This document shows positions 48,484 to 58,050 of a stretch of 64,000 nucleotides of DNA, piece after piece (position 1 is the stretch's first letter; each line of letters begins with the position of its first letter). Position numbers and translations under genes: made by a program. The DNA comes from Minisyncoccota bacterium (GTDB lineage: Bacteria; Patescibacteriota; Minisyncoccia; Phycocordibacterales; XYD1-FULL-46-19), in the NCBI GenBank assembly GCA_041649495.1, contig JBAZMZ010000002.1, positions 18,793 to 82,792 of the forward strand, in the 5' to 3' direction. The notes beneath the pieces were generated by a model. It was not told the DNA's origin and made no database searches. It worked only from the letters and a program-made list of their open reading frames with translations.

Positions 48484-49064
48484 ACAATTCTCTCTACCCC
48501 TTCTTTAAACAAATTTTGTTGAATACGCTTTCGGCTTGGGGGATTAATTTATCAGCCATCGATGAGCGGTTAACCCACTGGCTGGCGATTTATTGGTATG
48601 TAGCCATTTTCCTGTCAGCCATCTTTTTTGCCGGGATAATTTATTTTATTAATAAGATTATCGAAATTCGTCGTTGGGAAAGTGAGCGAGTTTATGGTCA
48701 GTCCGGCCTGATCACTGAGCTTAAAGAAAATTTGGCGGTTGTCCCGCCAGTGAAGAATCAAGATTGGAAAAAAATTATGAAGTTAATTGGCTCGGATAAT
48801 CCTAACGATTGGCAAAAAGCAATTATTGATGCCGATAAAATGTTAGAAATTGTGGTCGACACTTTTTCCGTCCCCGGTGACAATATTGGCGACAAATTAA
48901 AAAACATTGAACGAAGCGATTTTAACACGTTGGATGAGGCTTGGCAGGCGCATAAAATTCGTAATCGGATTGCGCACGAACATAATTTCCATTTGAGTCA
49001 ACGTGACGCGCGTTTGACCATTGATAATTTCGAAAAAGTCTTTCGCGAATTTGACTTTATTTAA
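48471..49064 (+). CDS. hypothetical membrane protein
   Basis: ORF with an N-terminal TM segment; no motif. Confidence 0.45.
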   Translation: MSNVDNSLYPFFKQILLNTLSAWGINLSAIDERLTHWLAIYWYVAIFLSAIFFAGIIYFINKIIEIRRWESERVYGQSGLITELKENLAVVPPVKNQDWKKIMKLIGSDNPNDWQKAIIDADKMLEIVVDTFSVPGDNIGDKLKNIERSDFNTLDEAWQAHKIRNRIAHEHNFHLSQRDARLTIDNFEKVFREFDFI

Positions 49065-50655
49065 GGTAATAGTATAATAAGAGCGCGGGGTAGAGTAACG
49101 GTAATTCGCAAGGCTCATAACCTTGAGACGCCGGTTCGAATCCGGCCTCCGCAACATGTCCAGACGGCATCGTCTGAAAATCCTCATTTAGCTTGAAGAT
49201 ACAAGACAAAATCGCGGTTCCAAATGTCCCAGTGGTTTTTTGATAGGTGATGCCTTGACTTAGAACCATTTTTTGGAACCTCACCTTTTGCGCGGATTCC
49301 ATTAACCACCACTGATTAGCAGTGTCAGCAATTAGCTGGTTCGTTCCAGTGATGGCCTCCTCGAGATCAAGTTCTTCAATTTCGGCCTCGTTTCTTGAGA
49401 CCCGAAGACTAGCCATTTGATTATCAAGTGAGTCTTTTAACTCTCGATATTCATCTTTGGAGATTTCTTGTTCAACTCTCATCCCCAGTAGCTCCCGCTT
49501 CTTTTTTTCAAGTTTTGAGATCTCCTGTTGATAAAAATCTTTCTCTTGTTGAGCTGTCGAATGTCTTGTTTGATAGACCTCAATAACCGTTTGTTTAAAT
49601 AGGGCCAAGAATTCCTCGGACGGGGTGACTTTTTGGAGAAAATTATAGAATTCACCCTCCAGAACATCTCTAGCGATACCCCGATTACAATGAACGCAGG
49701 CTGGATTGTAGCAATTATAGTAGGCGTATTTTTTACCCCGGCCCGTGTTCCAAGAGCCCGTTAGCCCACGATGGCATTCGCAAGAGACAAAACGTCGGAG
49801 AGGGAAGTCGGGGTTATCAGAGGCTCTTGGCCGGGTGGCCCCACTTGATTTTTGGGTTTTGACCATTTGAATTTTTTGGTATTCATCAATCGTGATCATC
49901 GGTTGGTGTTGCCCTCGGTGTTCTTCTTTTGTCCAAGGATTGACTAAAATTCCGGCGTAGAATTTATTGACCAAAATAATCTCCCAAAGTTGCTTTCGCA
50001 TCAGTTTCCCCGTTCTTGTTCTTAATCCCCAGCTATTACTTTCTTCAGCCAATCGAGTGATTGTGTGGTTTCCCTTGAGATAAAGTCTTAAGCCTTTCTG
50101 GATTAGATAAAAACGCTTGTCGTCGGGAATGTCTGGTAGATTTTTCCGACGATCGGTTCGCAACTTTGAATTTGTGTAGCCAATCGGAGGCGACCAACAC
50201 CAGATACCCTCTCTCAATTTCGCTTTCATTCCGCCGGTGCAACGTTGTTTTCTGACTTCATTCTCGAACTCGGCATAGCCCGCCAAAAAGGTTTCCATTA
50301 ATTTGCCGATATGATCTTGCGTAATTGGCTCAGTTACCGATTGGAGTGTGATGCCGTATTGGGTTAATTTAGCACGCACCGCAAAGTGGTCGGTAGTGTT
50401 GCGGGCGAAGCGGTCAATTTTCCAAACAATAAAATAATCAAGATCTTCTTTGTTTAAGCGGCAGAATTCAAGCGCTTTTAAAAATTCAGTCCGATTGGTG
50501 GCGGTGGCCGACTCTCCTCGTTCTACAAAAACCTTAACCACTTCAATATTATTTTTGGTGGCATAATCAAGACAGGCCCGTTCTTGAGAATCAAGGCTAG
50601 TCCCTTGAACCTGCTCGTTTGATGATACTCGACAATAGATGATTCCTTTTTTCAT
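49057..50655 (-). CDS. large serine recombinase (second copy), tRNA-adjacent
   Basis: N-terminal IYCRVSSNEQ...SLDSQ resolvase domain, recombinase domain, Cys-rich zinc ribbon. The 3' end of the ORF runs antisense across the tRNA-Met gene (tail ..AGFEPAS..). Confidence 0.85.
   Translation of the reverse strand: MKKGIIYCRVSSNEQVQGTSLDSQERACLDYATKNNIEVVKVFVERGESATATNRTEFLKALEFCRLNKEDLDYFIVWKIDRFARNTTDHFAVRAKLTQYGITLQSVTEPITQDHIGKLMETFLAGYAEFENEVRKQRCTGGMKAKLREGIWCWSPPIGYTNSKLRTDRRKNLPDIPDDKRFYLIQKGLRLYLKGNHTITRLAEESNSWGLRTRTGKLMRKQLWEIILVNKFYAGILVNPWTKEEHRGQHQPMITIDEYQKIQMVKTQKSSGATRPRASDNPDFPLRRFVSCECHRGLTGSWNTGRGKKYAYYNCYNPACVHCNRGIARDVLEGEFYNFLQKVTPSEEFLALFKQTVIEVYQTRHSTAQQEKDFYQQEISKLEKKKRELLGMRVEQEISKDEYRELKDSLDNQMASLRVSRNEAEIEELDLEEAITGTNQLIADTANQWWLMESAQKVRFQKMVLSQGITYQKTTGTFGTAILSCIFKLNEDFQTMPSGHVAEAGFEPASQGYEPCELPLLYPALLLYYYLK
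49084..49154 (+). tRNA. tRNA-Met (CAT anticodon), initiator-like
   Basis: Hand-folded cloverleaf: acceptor cgcgggg/ctccgca with C1:A72 mismatch, D-stem gagt/attc with A11:U24, anticodon arm caagg-ctCATaa-ccttg, T-arm gccgg-ttcgaat-ccggc, discriminator A. CCA not encoded. Confidence 0.85.
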
Positions 50656-50665
50656 AATATTTTTT

Positions 50666-50986
50666 TTAGAAACAGAAAAGGGGCAACAGATGGCACTCCA
50701 AGTTACGACACAAGAAGTTCTGTTGCCCCTTTTCTGGGTTCAAAATGAGCGCCGTGTTTAACCTCTTGTGTCGTAACCTAATATTAACATAATTGAAAGG
50801 ATCAATAAAGAAGCAGGAGGCTGATTTGTTTGGGCCCTCGCCATTTTTATGTTTTTGTTCGACGATATCTAACGCCAACTCGGCAAGATCATTAAGGGCA
50901 TCACGGACCTTGAGGATCTCCTCGTCGCTTAATCTTTTAAGGGTCTCGGGGCTTAAATATTTTTTACATTGTTCCAAGCTAAGCAT
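50666..50986 (-). CDS. small hypothetical protein (N-terminal about 55 aa probably real; C-terminal half doubtful)
   Basis: The N-terminal ..DEEILKVRDALNDLAELALDIV.. resembles the neighbouring small acidic ORF. Confidence 0.35.
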   Translation of the reverse strand: MLSLEQCKKYLSPETLKRLSDEEILKVRDALNDLAELALDIVEQKHKNGEGPNKSASCFFIDPFNYVNIRLRHKRLNTALILNPEKGQQNFLCRNLECHLLPLFCF

Positions 50987-51032
50987 TGTAGTTTAATTTT
51001 ATGAAGGTTAAAAGGGGATATCGTCGACAGTG

Positions 51033-51206
51033 ATTTCATTTGAAGGGCGAGGGGATCATTTCCGCTTCAAGTTCCTCTTCCAGTATTTGGTCAATTATCA
51101 AATCAGCCAAAGCCTCCTCAAGTCTCTTGATTTTCACAATCTCCTCGTCGGTGTAATTGTTGGCATCAGTACCTGGCGCTTCTTTAAATTCGGCAAAAGA
51201 AATCAT
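51033..51206 (-). CDS. small acidic protein (57 aa), not in the ORF track
   Basis: Hand translation of the minus strand: MISFAEFKEAPGTDANNYTDEEIVKIKRLEEALADLIIDQILEEELEAEMIPSPFK. Paralogous to the N-terminus of the 50666-50986 ORF. Confidence 0.3.
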
Positions 51207-51492
51207 AGTGGTAGTAGGTTTGCCTTACTTTCTAATTTTGGGAGCCTCCACGCGTAAGTTACCCCCGATTTTATACCCGCCTCAGGCTCTTTATTAATCT
51301 CTTCGAGCCATGCCATTAGCTCTTTTTTATCCTTTCTGGAGTAATCGTCAGGATCAACCAATTTATTGAACCAATAAGCGATAACTTTACTGGCAAAATT
51401 CTGTCCCCGAACCGCTCGGCCAAAATTGATAATGGTGCTATGAAATGGATTCTTCTTTTCCATCCCCTTAAATCGTCGTTCTAAGCTCTTCA
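51203..51492 (-). CDS. putative toxin partner of the RHH antitoxin
   Basis: Probable start MKSLERRFKG at 51492, overlapping the RHH gene end. Toxin family not identified. Confidence 0.4.
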
Positions 51493-51707
51493 TGATTGTT
51501 GATATCGTTAAGTTCGCTGTTCTCAACATCCAACTTGCGCAGAAAGCCAAAATGTTCGATTACCGCTCTAGTTAATAATTTTAGCACCGTAGTTTCCTGC
51601 GATGCGGCTTCAATTTTTAGCAAGCGATGGAGGTCGTCAGGTAAACGGACCGGTTTGGTGATCCGCCGTCCTTTAGCCACCCCTATTTCAAGACTAGTTT
51701 GTGACAT
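51468..51707 (-). CDS. ribbon-helix-helix (CopG/Arc-like) antitoxin
   Basis: RITKPVRLPDDLHRLLKIEAASQETTVLKLLTRAVIEH is a classic RHH N-terminus. Confidence 0.6.
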   Translation of the reverse strand: MSQTSLEIGVAKGRRITKPVRLPDDLHRLLKIEAASQETTVLKLLTRAVIEHFGFLRKLDVENSELNDINNHEELRTTI

Positions 51708-52590
51708 AAGTTACTTTTTTAATTATGTGCCCGACCCTTCCTTTCAATTCCCCCCGTAGCCCTTGAAGCTTTTGTAGCTGTGCCCCTTAGAGCCTAGGGT
51801 GTAAAGGCGCGAAATGACCAAATTGAGGCATTTTGACACCTTTTCAATTGAAAAGACTAATTAATAATCTCTAGTCAGTAGTAGCCACCTAATTGACGAT
51901 CCCTTTGGGTGAAGACCCTCATCGTGGGGAGTCATTCTTCACCGACATAACCTCAACTTATGGCCTGAGAGACTCTGAGCCCGATTGAAAGGCTGGGGGC
52001 TAGTCGTACCGCCTTTTTCCCAGTCCCTTAATATCGACCCCCGAATTCTCTCTTCAGTGTTCAACCTAAACACTGTTTTTTGCCTGCCCCGTGTTCCCGG
52101 CACATAGACAGGTTTTGTTGGAGCCGTTTTACTTGCAGACCCCAAAACCAAGGTTTTACCGACATTGTCAAAAAAACTAACGATTTTGATCGCTAAAATA
52201 GGCTGATTCAGTTAAGACCCAACAAGAAAAAACCAAGAATAGAGTTCTTGTTTCGAGTTTGAGAGTGGTTTAGCTTAGCTGGACCACTTAATTAGCAAAT
52301 CAGAGAACAGTTTCAAATTTTTGCATAAATATATGGGCAATTGTCGATGTCTTTAAGTGGCCGGTGATAAATTTCCAATAATTGGAATCGGTTCTAGTGC
52401 CTTGGTGACAAAAATTAACAATTGCTAAGGTAATAATATCATAAGTCCTAATTATTGGCAAATGGTTGGTGAGGAATAAAAAGCCCTTGGTAGTTAATGT
52501 TGTGGCTTAACATTAATTATACTAAGCGCTTTTTATTAAGGCGGACTATTTACCAAGACTTGGGACATCTGATCATTGGTTAGTTAGGGT

Positions 52591-53058
52591 CTAGCTTGCC
52601 GAGAGGCAGGGGTGTCTAGACGCTTCGTTGTAGATTCTGACGTACTCCATTTTGCCAAGTGGGATATCTTGGAAAGTGGTGAGGTCAAAGGCGGCTAATT
52701 GTTTAGCCACCATGGCTTTTTCGAGGGTGTCGGCTGATTTCTCGCCAACGGTGCTAATATCAAGATAAACTTTTTCACCAGTCGTCCACATCCCAAGGTG
52801 GTTTCTTTCTTGGGCTAATCGATCGTGATGTCTGATCAAATAATCGTTAATAATTTGAGGCGTCAGATTTTCTTTGGGAAGAGTCAGTTCGGCATCTTTG
52901 AAGGGCGAGAAGGCGATGCCGGCTGAAGGTCGATTGCCGTTAAGAGAAATTGTGACGCCACCATTTTCAACTGTCGCTTTGTAGGCTTCAGCCGAAACGC
53001 TAGTAAATTTATCTTCGATCAAGGTGGTCATTGTTGAGGTCTTTATTTTTGTGGTCAT
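52591..53058 (-). CDS. hypothetical protein
   Basis: ORF only. Confidence 0.45.
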   Translation of the reverse strand: MTTKIKTSTMTTLIEDKFTSVSAEAYKATVENGGVTISLNGNRPSAGIAFSPFKDAELTLPKENLTPQIINDYLIRHHDRLAQERNHLGMWTTGEKVYLDISTVGEKSADTLEKAMVAKQLAAFDLTTFQDIPLGKMEYVRIYNEASRHPCLSAS

Positions 53059-53232
53059 ATTTTTTAATTTTTTATTAACTAATTTGTAATTTTGCTTAAT
53101 AATTGTTTCGACCTTTACCCTTAATGGCGAAAAATCATCGTGAAAAAATAAACAAAAGAAAAACCCCTTGATTTAAGGGGGTTTTTCTTTATTTTCCTAT
53201 ATTAAATTTTTGGGTGAATTCACCGGCGGTCT

Positions 53233-55188
53233 TTAGAGATACACCCAATCATCACGAGAGGGATCATCTCCATCATCATTTTCTTCTAGATTATCGCTAG
53301 AAAATTCTCGATGCGACAAGTCGTCATCAGTTCCGTTGTTTTGTTCAGTGGCCTCCGGTTCAAGATTAATCCTTATTTTATAACAGCCCTCTTTCCTATA
53401 TCCTAAGAATGGATCGCCCTCTACCCCATGGAAATAGGCTCTTAGTGTCTCAGATAATAATTGTTTTCGCTTTTTCATGTTGACCTGGTCTTTTCTGGCA
53501 AATTCACTATTATTTTCCCAGTCTAAGAACCCGCCCTTTCTGGCAAAAATTTTTAATAAGGTCCATCGAATATTAGGTCGCTTGGTTTTTTCACTCTGAA
53601 AGCCCATCAATTTGTAATCCGTTTGGTAAATATCTGTTTTGGCCTCGATTCGAACCTCTTCGCCATTTAAAAATTTTATGGTGATATCTTCCCAAGTCAA
53701 ATCTTTTGGGAATTCTCGCAATTCTACCGTCTTTTTATTTGACTTTTGAATGATCGGTTTATTATTAAGCCCAGTATCGCTTTTTACCCCAAGCCGGTCT
53801 TCCATGTATTCTTTTATGAAATCTTCAGAAAAATCATAAAAATAGAAACTGTCATCTCCTATTTTTACTGGCGGTCCGTTAACGAGCTTAAAATGTGGTT
53901 TATAGTCATACATGCCGTGTCTTCTGTAGAAGTCCTTATCTCCCTGGATTATATAAATAAATGGGTAAAGCTCTTCATAAATATCATCAAAAAAATAAGG
54001 CTCAACCATTAAATTTCTTACCCTGATTATCATATCTGAACTATTTTCTATCCCGCGGTACCCTTTTTCCCTTAAGGTTTTTAAAAACCAAATGAATCTC
54101 TCTTTGTCGGATATCTTACTACTTTTTTCTTGAAATTTTGCGTGGTGACTGGGAAAGGAAAATGGGAGTACTTTCAATTTCTCACCTGGATATAGCTCCG
54201 ATGTCTCATGGAGTGGGTCGTCCAGACTTCTGATCCCGTTCTTATTTTTGTTTTTTAAATATTCTGCATCAGCCATATCTCTCAAGGGAAATTCTTTTGG
54301 TTGTTCGTTTTTGATAAATTTTGTATATTTTAATGCAAAATCCTGACCAATGCTAGCTACTCGGCCTGTCCAGTCCATGTATTCATAATTTTCCTCATCA
54401 AGACCCATATCGGGTATGATAAATTTCCGCCAGTCCTTATCGTCTTTATTATATTTAGTTTCTTTTTTAAGAAATTCATAAAAATTTAGGGCCGATTGAT
54501 TGAATTCTTGCCGAAGCTTTTCCCACTTGGGGTCTGAAAGGTAGGAAGAACTCTTGCTACTATGGCGGTTGTACTTTTTTAGGCTAATAAAAAGCTTTTG
54601 GCTATATTTTGGGTAGCCACACCAAAGACGATCAGCTTCCTCTGTCATCGTCCTTGTTATTATCTTTTTTACAGAATCGAGTTTCTCTTGGTCATTTTTT
54701 AAATGTGGGTTATTAACCGTGTCGCCAGTGGAATCTTTAAGAGATGAGTTCCAAACCTTTTCCGCATTATCTTTTAGCCTTTTATATTTGGAATAGAAAT
54801 CGTAAGTTATTTTTTCGATTCTTGTATATTTATCAATATCTGACTCTCCTGGTAAATTCTTTATTTTTTTAAAATCGTCAAAATAATAATCAGAATCAGA
54901 TGCTATTGGTTCGTCCTCTATTATCTCAAAGAGATTTAACGCTGACTTGTTAAATTTCTGCCTAACTTCTTCCAATTTTTTATTAGAAAAACGGGAGGAA
55001 ATTTTACTACAATAATATTTATATTCTCTTAGTCGATGAAAGAAATCTAGGGAGTATGTTGTAATAGCATTGCCATCAACACCTTCGTTTGAAGTACAAC
55101 TATACCACATGTAATCAATAACGGGTTCAAACTTCGCTATAATAAATTCGAGTTTCTCCTCGTCACTTTTTAGAGAGTCATCAGCCAT
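53233..55188 (-). CDS. large hypothetical protein (651 aa) with internal repeats and acidic C-terminal tail
   Basis: Internal duplication (..RFSNKKLEEVRQKFNKSALNLFEII.. versus ..SDPKWEKLRQEFNQSALNFYEFL..). C-terminal DDGDDPSRDD. Confidence 0.55.
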   Translation of the reverse strand: MADDSLKSDEEKLEFIIAKFEPVIDYMWYSCTSNEGVDGNAITTYSLDFFHRLREYKYYCSKISSRFSNKKLEEVRQKFNKSALNLFEIIEDEPIASDSDYYFDDFKKIKNLPGESDIDKYTRIEKITYDFYSKYKRLKDNAEKVWNSSLKDSTGDTVNNPHLKNDQEKLDSVKKIITRTMTEEADRLWCGYPKYSQKLFISLKKYNRHSSKSSSYLSDPKWEKLRQEFNQSALNFYEFLKKETKYNKDDKDWRKFIIPDMGLDEENYEYMDWTGRVASIGQDFALKYTKFIKNEQPKEFPLRDMADAEYLKNKNKNGIRSLDDPLHETSELYPGEKLKVLPFSFPSHHAKFQEKSSKISDKERFIWFLKTLREKGYRGIENSSDMIIRVRNLMVEPYFFDDIYEELYPFIYIIQGDKDFYRRHGMYDYKPHFKLVNGPPVKIGDDSFYFYDFSEDFIKEYMEDRLGVKSDTGLNNKPIIQKSNKKTVELREFPKDLTWEDITIKFLNGEEVRIEAKTDIYQTDYKLMGFQSEKTKRPNIRWTLLKIFARKGGFLDWENNSEFARKDQVNMKKRKQLLSETLRAYFHGVEGDPFLGYRKEGCYKIRINLEPEATEQNNGTDDDLSHREFSSDNLEENDDGDDPSRDDWVYL

Positions 55189-55333
55189 ATTTATAAGATA
55201 ATAATATAACTTTTAGGACCAAGATTAAAGGGTTAGACAGCTTTATTTTTAATTGGTTTGGTGCTACTCTATACTTAACAACTAAATAAGGAGACCTAAC
55301 CCAATAATCTCGATTGTTGGCATGGTCAAAAAG

Positions 55334-55433
55334 CCACTGCTGGCTACTAAACCCGTCGTTTAGGAGCGCCAGCAGTGGTTACCACCCGAAAGGATGGTAG
55401 GTGGCCTCGGCCATCGCCTAGCGACGGGTTTAG
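55334..55433 (+). promoter_or_regulatory. structured 5' leader: pseudoknotted hairpin plus GAAA-tetraloop hairpin (third copy of the architecture)
   Basis: 11-bp stem ccactgctggc (55334-55344) / gccagcagtgg (55368-55378) with 23-nt loop. Loop segment ctaaacccgtcg (55347-55358) is complementary to cgacgggtttag (55422-55433). ttaccaccc-GAAA-ggatggtag hairpin at 55380-55403. Confidence 0.45.
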
Positions 55434-55469
55434 TGGTTGACAAATAAATTATCAATTAAAAATAAAATC

Positions 55470-57251
55470 ATGAAAAAATATCTATTTATCGCTCTGGTTC
55501 TCTCTCTGATCATCTTGCCTAAAATCAGTTCGGCTGATTCTTTGGGCGTTACCAGTATTACGGCGGTTAAAACCTCGGCTCTTGCTAACAATTCTTTTAC
55601 TGATGGTTGGCAATGGCTATTTAATATCACGGTGCCCTCTGGTGAAGATAATCTGCAAATGAAATTCCTTGATTGGACTAATGGCGCCTTAACGATTCCC
55701 ACTGGTGGCAATATGCGTTTCTACTCGGCTCAATCATTAAACGCGACTGATGCTAATAGCGCCATTGCCGTTAACTCGGCCAATACTTATGGCGATAATT
55801 TAATTCTTGATCCAACAAAGGGCCAGCAAGTTCAAGTGATGGTAGAGGTTAAAATTCCTACGGGAACCACTGGTGGATCATATTCAACGAGTTATGGGAT
55901 TCAGACGACTGGGACTACTACACCCAGTGCTCCGATTCTTAGCCTCAAATTAAGTGATGATTCTCCGGCAACTGGGACTTCCTCTGCGGTAAGCAATCTC
56001 GGTGTCTTTGGAATCAAAACTAAAGATAATACTGTTAGTTGGATTACCGATTTGAGTTTCAATCTCAATATTAAGGAGGGTTATAGTCCCGAATCCCTCT
56101 TATCCCAAAATGGTGGCGAGTGGACGAGCAATGACACTCTAACCTTTCACAATCTCAATACTCGATTAAGCCAGGATTGGCATTATTTTACTTTGAATAA
56201 CCTCAGCGTCCTCCACCCCAAAACAGCCCCCACCTTTACAATTTCGGCAACTTTAGATGCCAGCGAAATCAAGGCCGAGGATAATTCTGGCAATAGTCTT
56301 GATGTTTCTAGTCTGGATGATATTACGAGTAATGAGATGACTTTTATTCCACCTCCACCAGAAGAAATAGGAACTCTTAGGGTCTCACTAAATTCTAGTA
56401 ACCCGATGGCTTCAACGGTTTTTGCTTCTAATAATGGTAAAGTGGAGAATGTTTCGTTGCTTGCCTTCGATGTTAAGGCTGAGAATTTGGACATTTCTGT
56501 CACTGATCTAGATGTTTTGATTCAAAAGACGGACGAAGGTACGGCGATAGCGACAACCGCGTTTTTGTGTGAAGGCCAAACGGTCTTGGGTTCGGCTACT
56601 GTCAATCCCACTAATGGCACTGCGACTTTTTCAAATCTAAATTTTTCTATTCCTCAAGACACAACCAAAACCTTAACTTTGTTGGTTGATATTACAAGTG
56701 CTAATAGCGCCCCCTCTGTTTTTACAGCCTCCCTTGATGGCGCCGAGATGACGGCGATAGATTCAAATTATAATACTGTTGTGCCAACTGGTTCTGCGAC
56801 GGGGAACGATATAGCTATCCAAAGTGCTGGGGCCGTGATCAATTTAGTTAGTTCGAGTATTGGTATCCCCGTGGTTAATCCTGGAACTGGTTCGACAACG
56901 GCCTTGTCAGGGACATTTAATTTAAATTTTACGGCTGTCGGCGGTGACTTGGAAGAACCCGTCGCTAGCGACTTCGTTGTTAAAGCGACAAATAATCCCG
57001 CTCACACTGAGGCAATCACAATAACTAACCTTGGCATTAGTGTATCTTCACCAACTCCTTCGTTAATTGCCGATGGCTCTTCTGCCTCAATCACTTTGAC
57101 TCCAATATTAGAAAATTCTCAAGTTACTGAAAGTGGCGACTATTTCTTTTATGTCGAATCAATAAAATCTACCATTTCTGGTCAGTCTTCAATTACTAAG
57201 ACGACAGGTTTAGAAAGTTATATAACGGCTCCTGCCCCTTTTACCAAATAA
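55470..57251 (+). CDS. large secreted Ser/Thr-rich surface protein
   Basis: Start MKKYLFIALVLSLIILPKISSA (signal peptide). Long low-complexity T/S/N-rich body. Confidence 0.6.
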   Translation: MKKYLFIALVLSLIILPKISSADSLGVTSITAVKTSALANNSFTDGWQWLFNITVPSGEDNLQMKFLDWTNGALTIPTGGNMRFYSAQSLNATDANSAIAVNSANTYGDNLILDPTKGQQVQVMVEVKIPTGTTGGSYSTSYGIQTTGTTTPSAPILSLKLSDDSPATGTSSAVSNLGVFGIKTKDNTVSWITDLSFNLNIKEGYSPESLLSQNGGEWTSNDTLTFHNLNTRLSQDWHYFTLNNLSVLHPKTAPTFTISATLDASEIKAEDNSGNSLDVSSLDDITSNEMTFIPPPPEEIGTLRVSLNSSNPMASTVFASNNGKVENVSLLAFDVKAENLDISVTDLDVLIQKTDEGTAIATTAFLCEGQTVLGSATVNPTNGTATFSNLNFSIPQDTTKTLTLLVDITSANSAPSVFTASLDGAEMTAIDSNYNTVVPTGSATGNDIAIQSAGAVINLVSSSIGIPVVNPGTGSTTALSGTFNLNFTAVGGDLEEPVASDFVVKATNNPAHTEAITITNLGISVSSPTPSLIADGSSASITLTPILENSQVTESGDYFFYVESIKSTISGQSSITKTTGLESYITAPAPFTK

Positions 57252-57255
57252 TAAT

Positions 57256-57834
57256 ATGAAAACAAAACTAATAATTATCAGCTTAACTTTAATCTTGGCC
57301 GGACACGCTAATTCTGTCTTGGCTTCAGAAATCACCGGCGTTCTCTCAACCGGCTTAACTGGTACAGTTAACGAAACGCTCACTGGGATCGTCGTTACTC
57401 CTCCTGCTCCTGTGGTTGTTCCTCCAGTTAGTTCTGGTGGCGGAGGTGGTGGCTATTATAGCCCTATTCTGGCTTCTGCCGTTCCCCCTACTGCGACCTC
57501 AACTCTTTTGGCCATCCCTCAAGTTCTCGGGGCCTCCACCTATCGCTTTACCAAGACGCTAAGATTGGGCTCAAGCGGTAATGATGTTAAAGAACTTCAA
57601 GAGAAACTTCGAACTGAAGGATTCTTTACTCATCCTGTTTCAACTGGTTACTTTGGGACGATCACTGAGAAAGCCGTTAAAGATTTTCAGAAAGCTCGAT
57701 TCTTGAAAGTTTCTGGTCTTGTTAATGCTTCTACTCGTAAGATTCTTAATTTCTCAACGGCTGATTATGAAACCTATAGGGGTTTAATTCTCAAGTTGCT
57801 TGAATTACAGTTAGAGATTGCCAAATTAGCTTAA
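57256..57834 (+). CDS. secreted protein with peptidoglycan-binding domain
   Basis: Signal peptide, Pro/Gly linker, then PG_binding_1-like LRLGSSGNDVKELQEKL...GYFGTITEKAVKDFQ. Confidence 0.7.
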   Translation: MKTKLIIISLTLILAGHANSVLASEITGVLSTGLTGTVNETLTGIVVTPPAPVVVPPVSSGGGGGGYYSPILASAVPPTATSTLLAIPQVLGASTYRFTKTLRLGSSGNDVKELQEKLRTEGFFTHPVSTGYFGTITEKAVKDFQKARFLKVSGLVNASTRKILNFSTADYETYRGLILKLLELQLEIAKLA

Positions 57835-57852
57835 TTTCAAATAGGACACAAA

Positions 57853-57890
57853 AAATAGCACCGCTCAGTTAAGAACGGTGCTATTTTCGT
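57853..57890. terminator. intrinsic terminator hairpin
   Basis: atagcaccg-ctcagttaagaa-cggtgctat followed by a T-run. Confidence 0.5.
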
Positions 57891-58050
57891 CTTCGTCGCT
57901 ATTAAGCACGTTGAAGTAGGGCCAAAGATTTGGCAGTGGCTATTCTCGCATATTCTTAGGCTAACCAGCCGTGATATCTTAGAATATGCCCCAGCTATAT
58001 ATTAGCATCTCTACACCAACGCACTCGATAGCGACGAAAAAGTGGTTCTT

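Larger units (their letters stand above)
49155..51707. mobile_element. candidate integrated element next to tRNA-Met (serine recombinase, small acidic proteins, RHH toxin-antitoxin pair)
   Basis: Recombinase abuts the tRNA 3' end, and all genes on that side are minus-strand accessory genes. The right boundary and att repeats were not found by eye. Confidence 0.3.

Noticed and set aside
49057-49160. Treating the recombinase C-terminal tail (..AGFEPAS..) as a meaningful domain
   Set aside because: It is the antisense translation of the tRNA T-arm. The functional C-terminus probably ends earlier; the overlap is positional.
51708-52590. RNase P RNA, tmRNA, SRP RNA or group II intron domain V in the 880-bp gap
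   Set aside because: None of the hallmark strings (GGAAAGUCCGGGCUCC; tmRNA tag ORF and CCA-end; AGGUCAGG...GGAAGG; D5 consensus) is visible.
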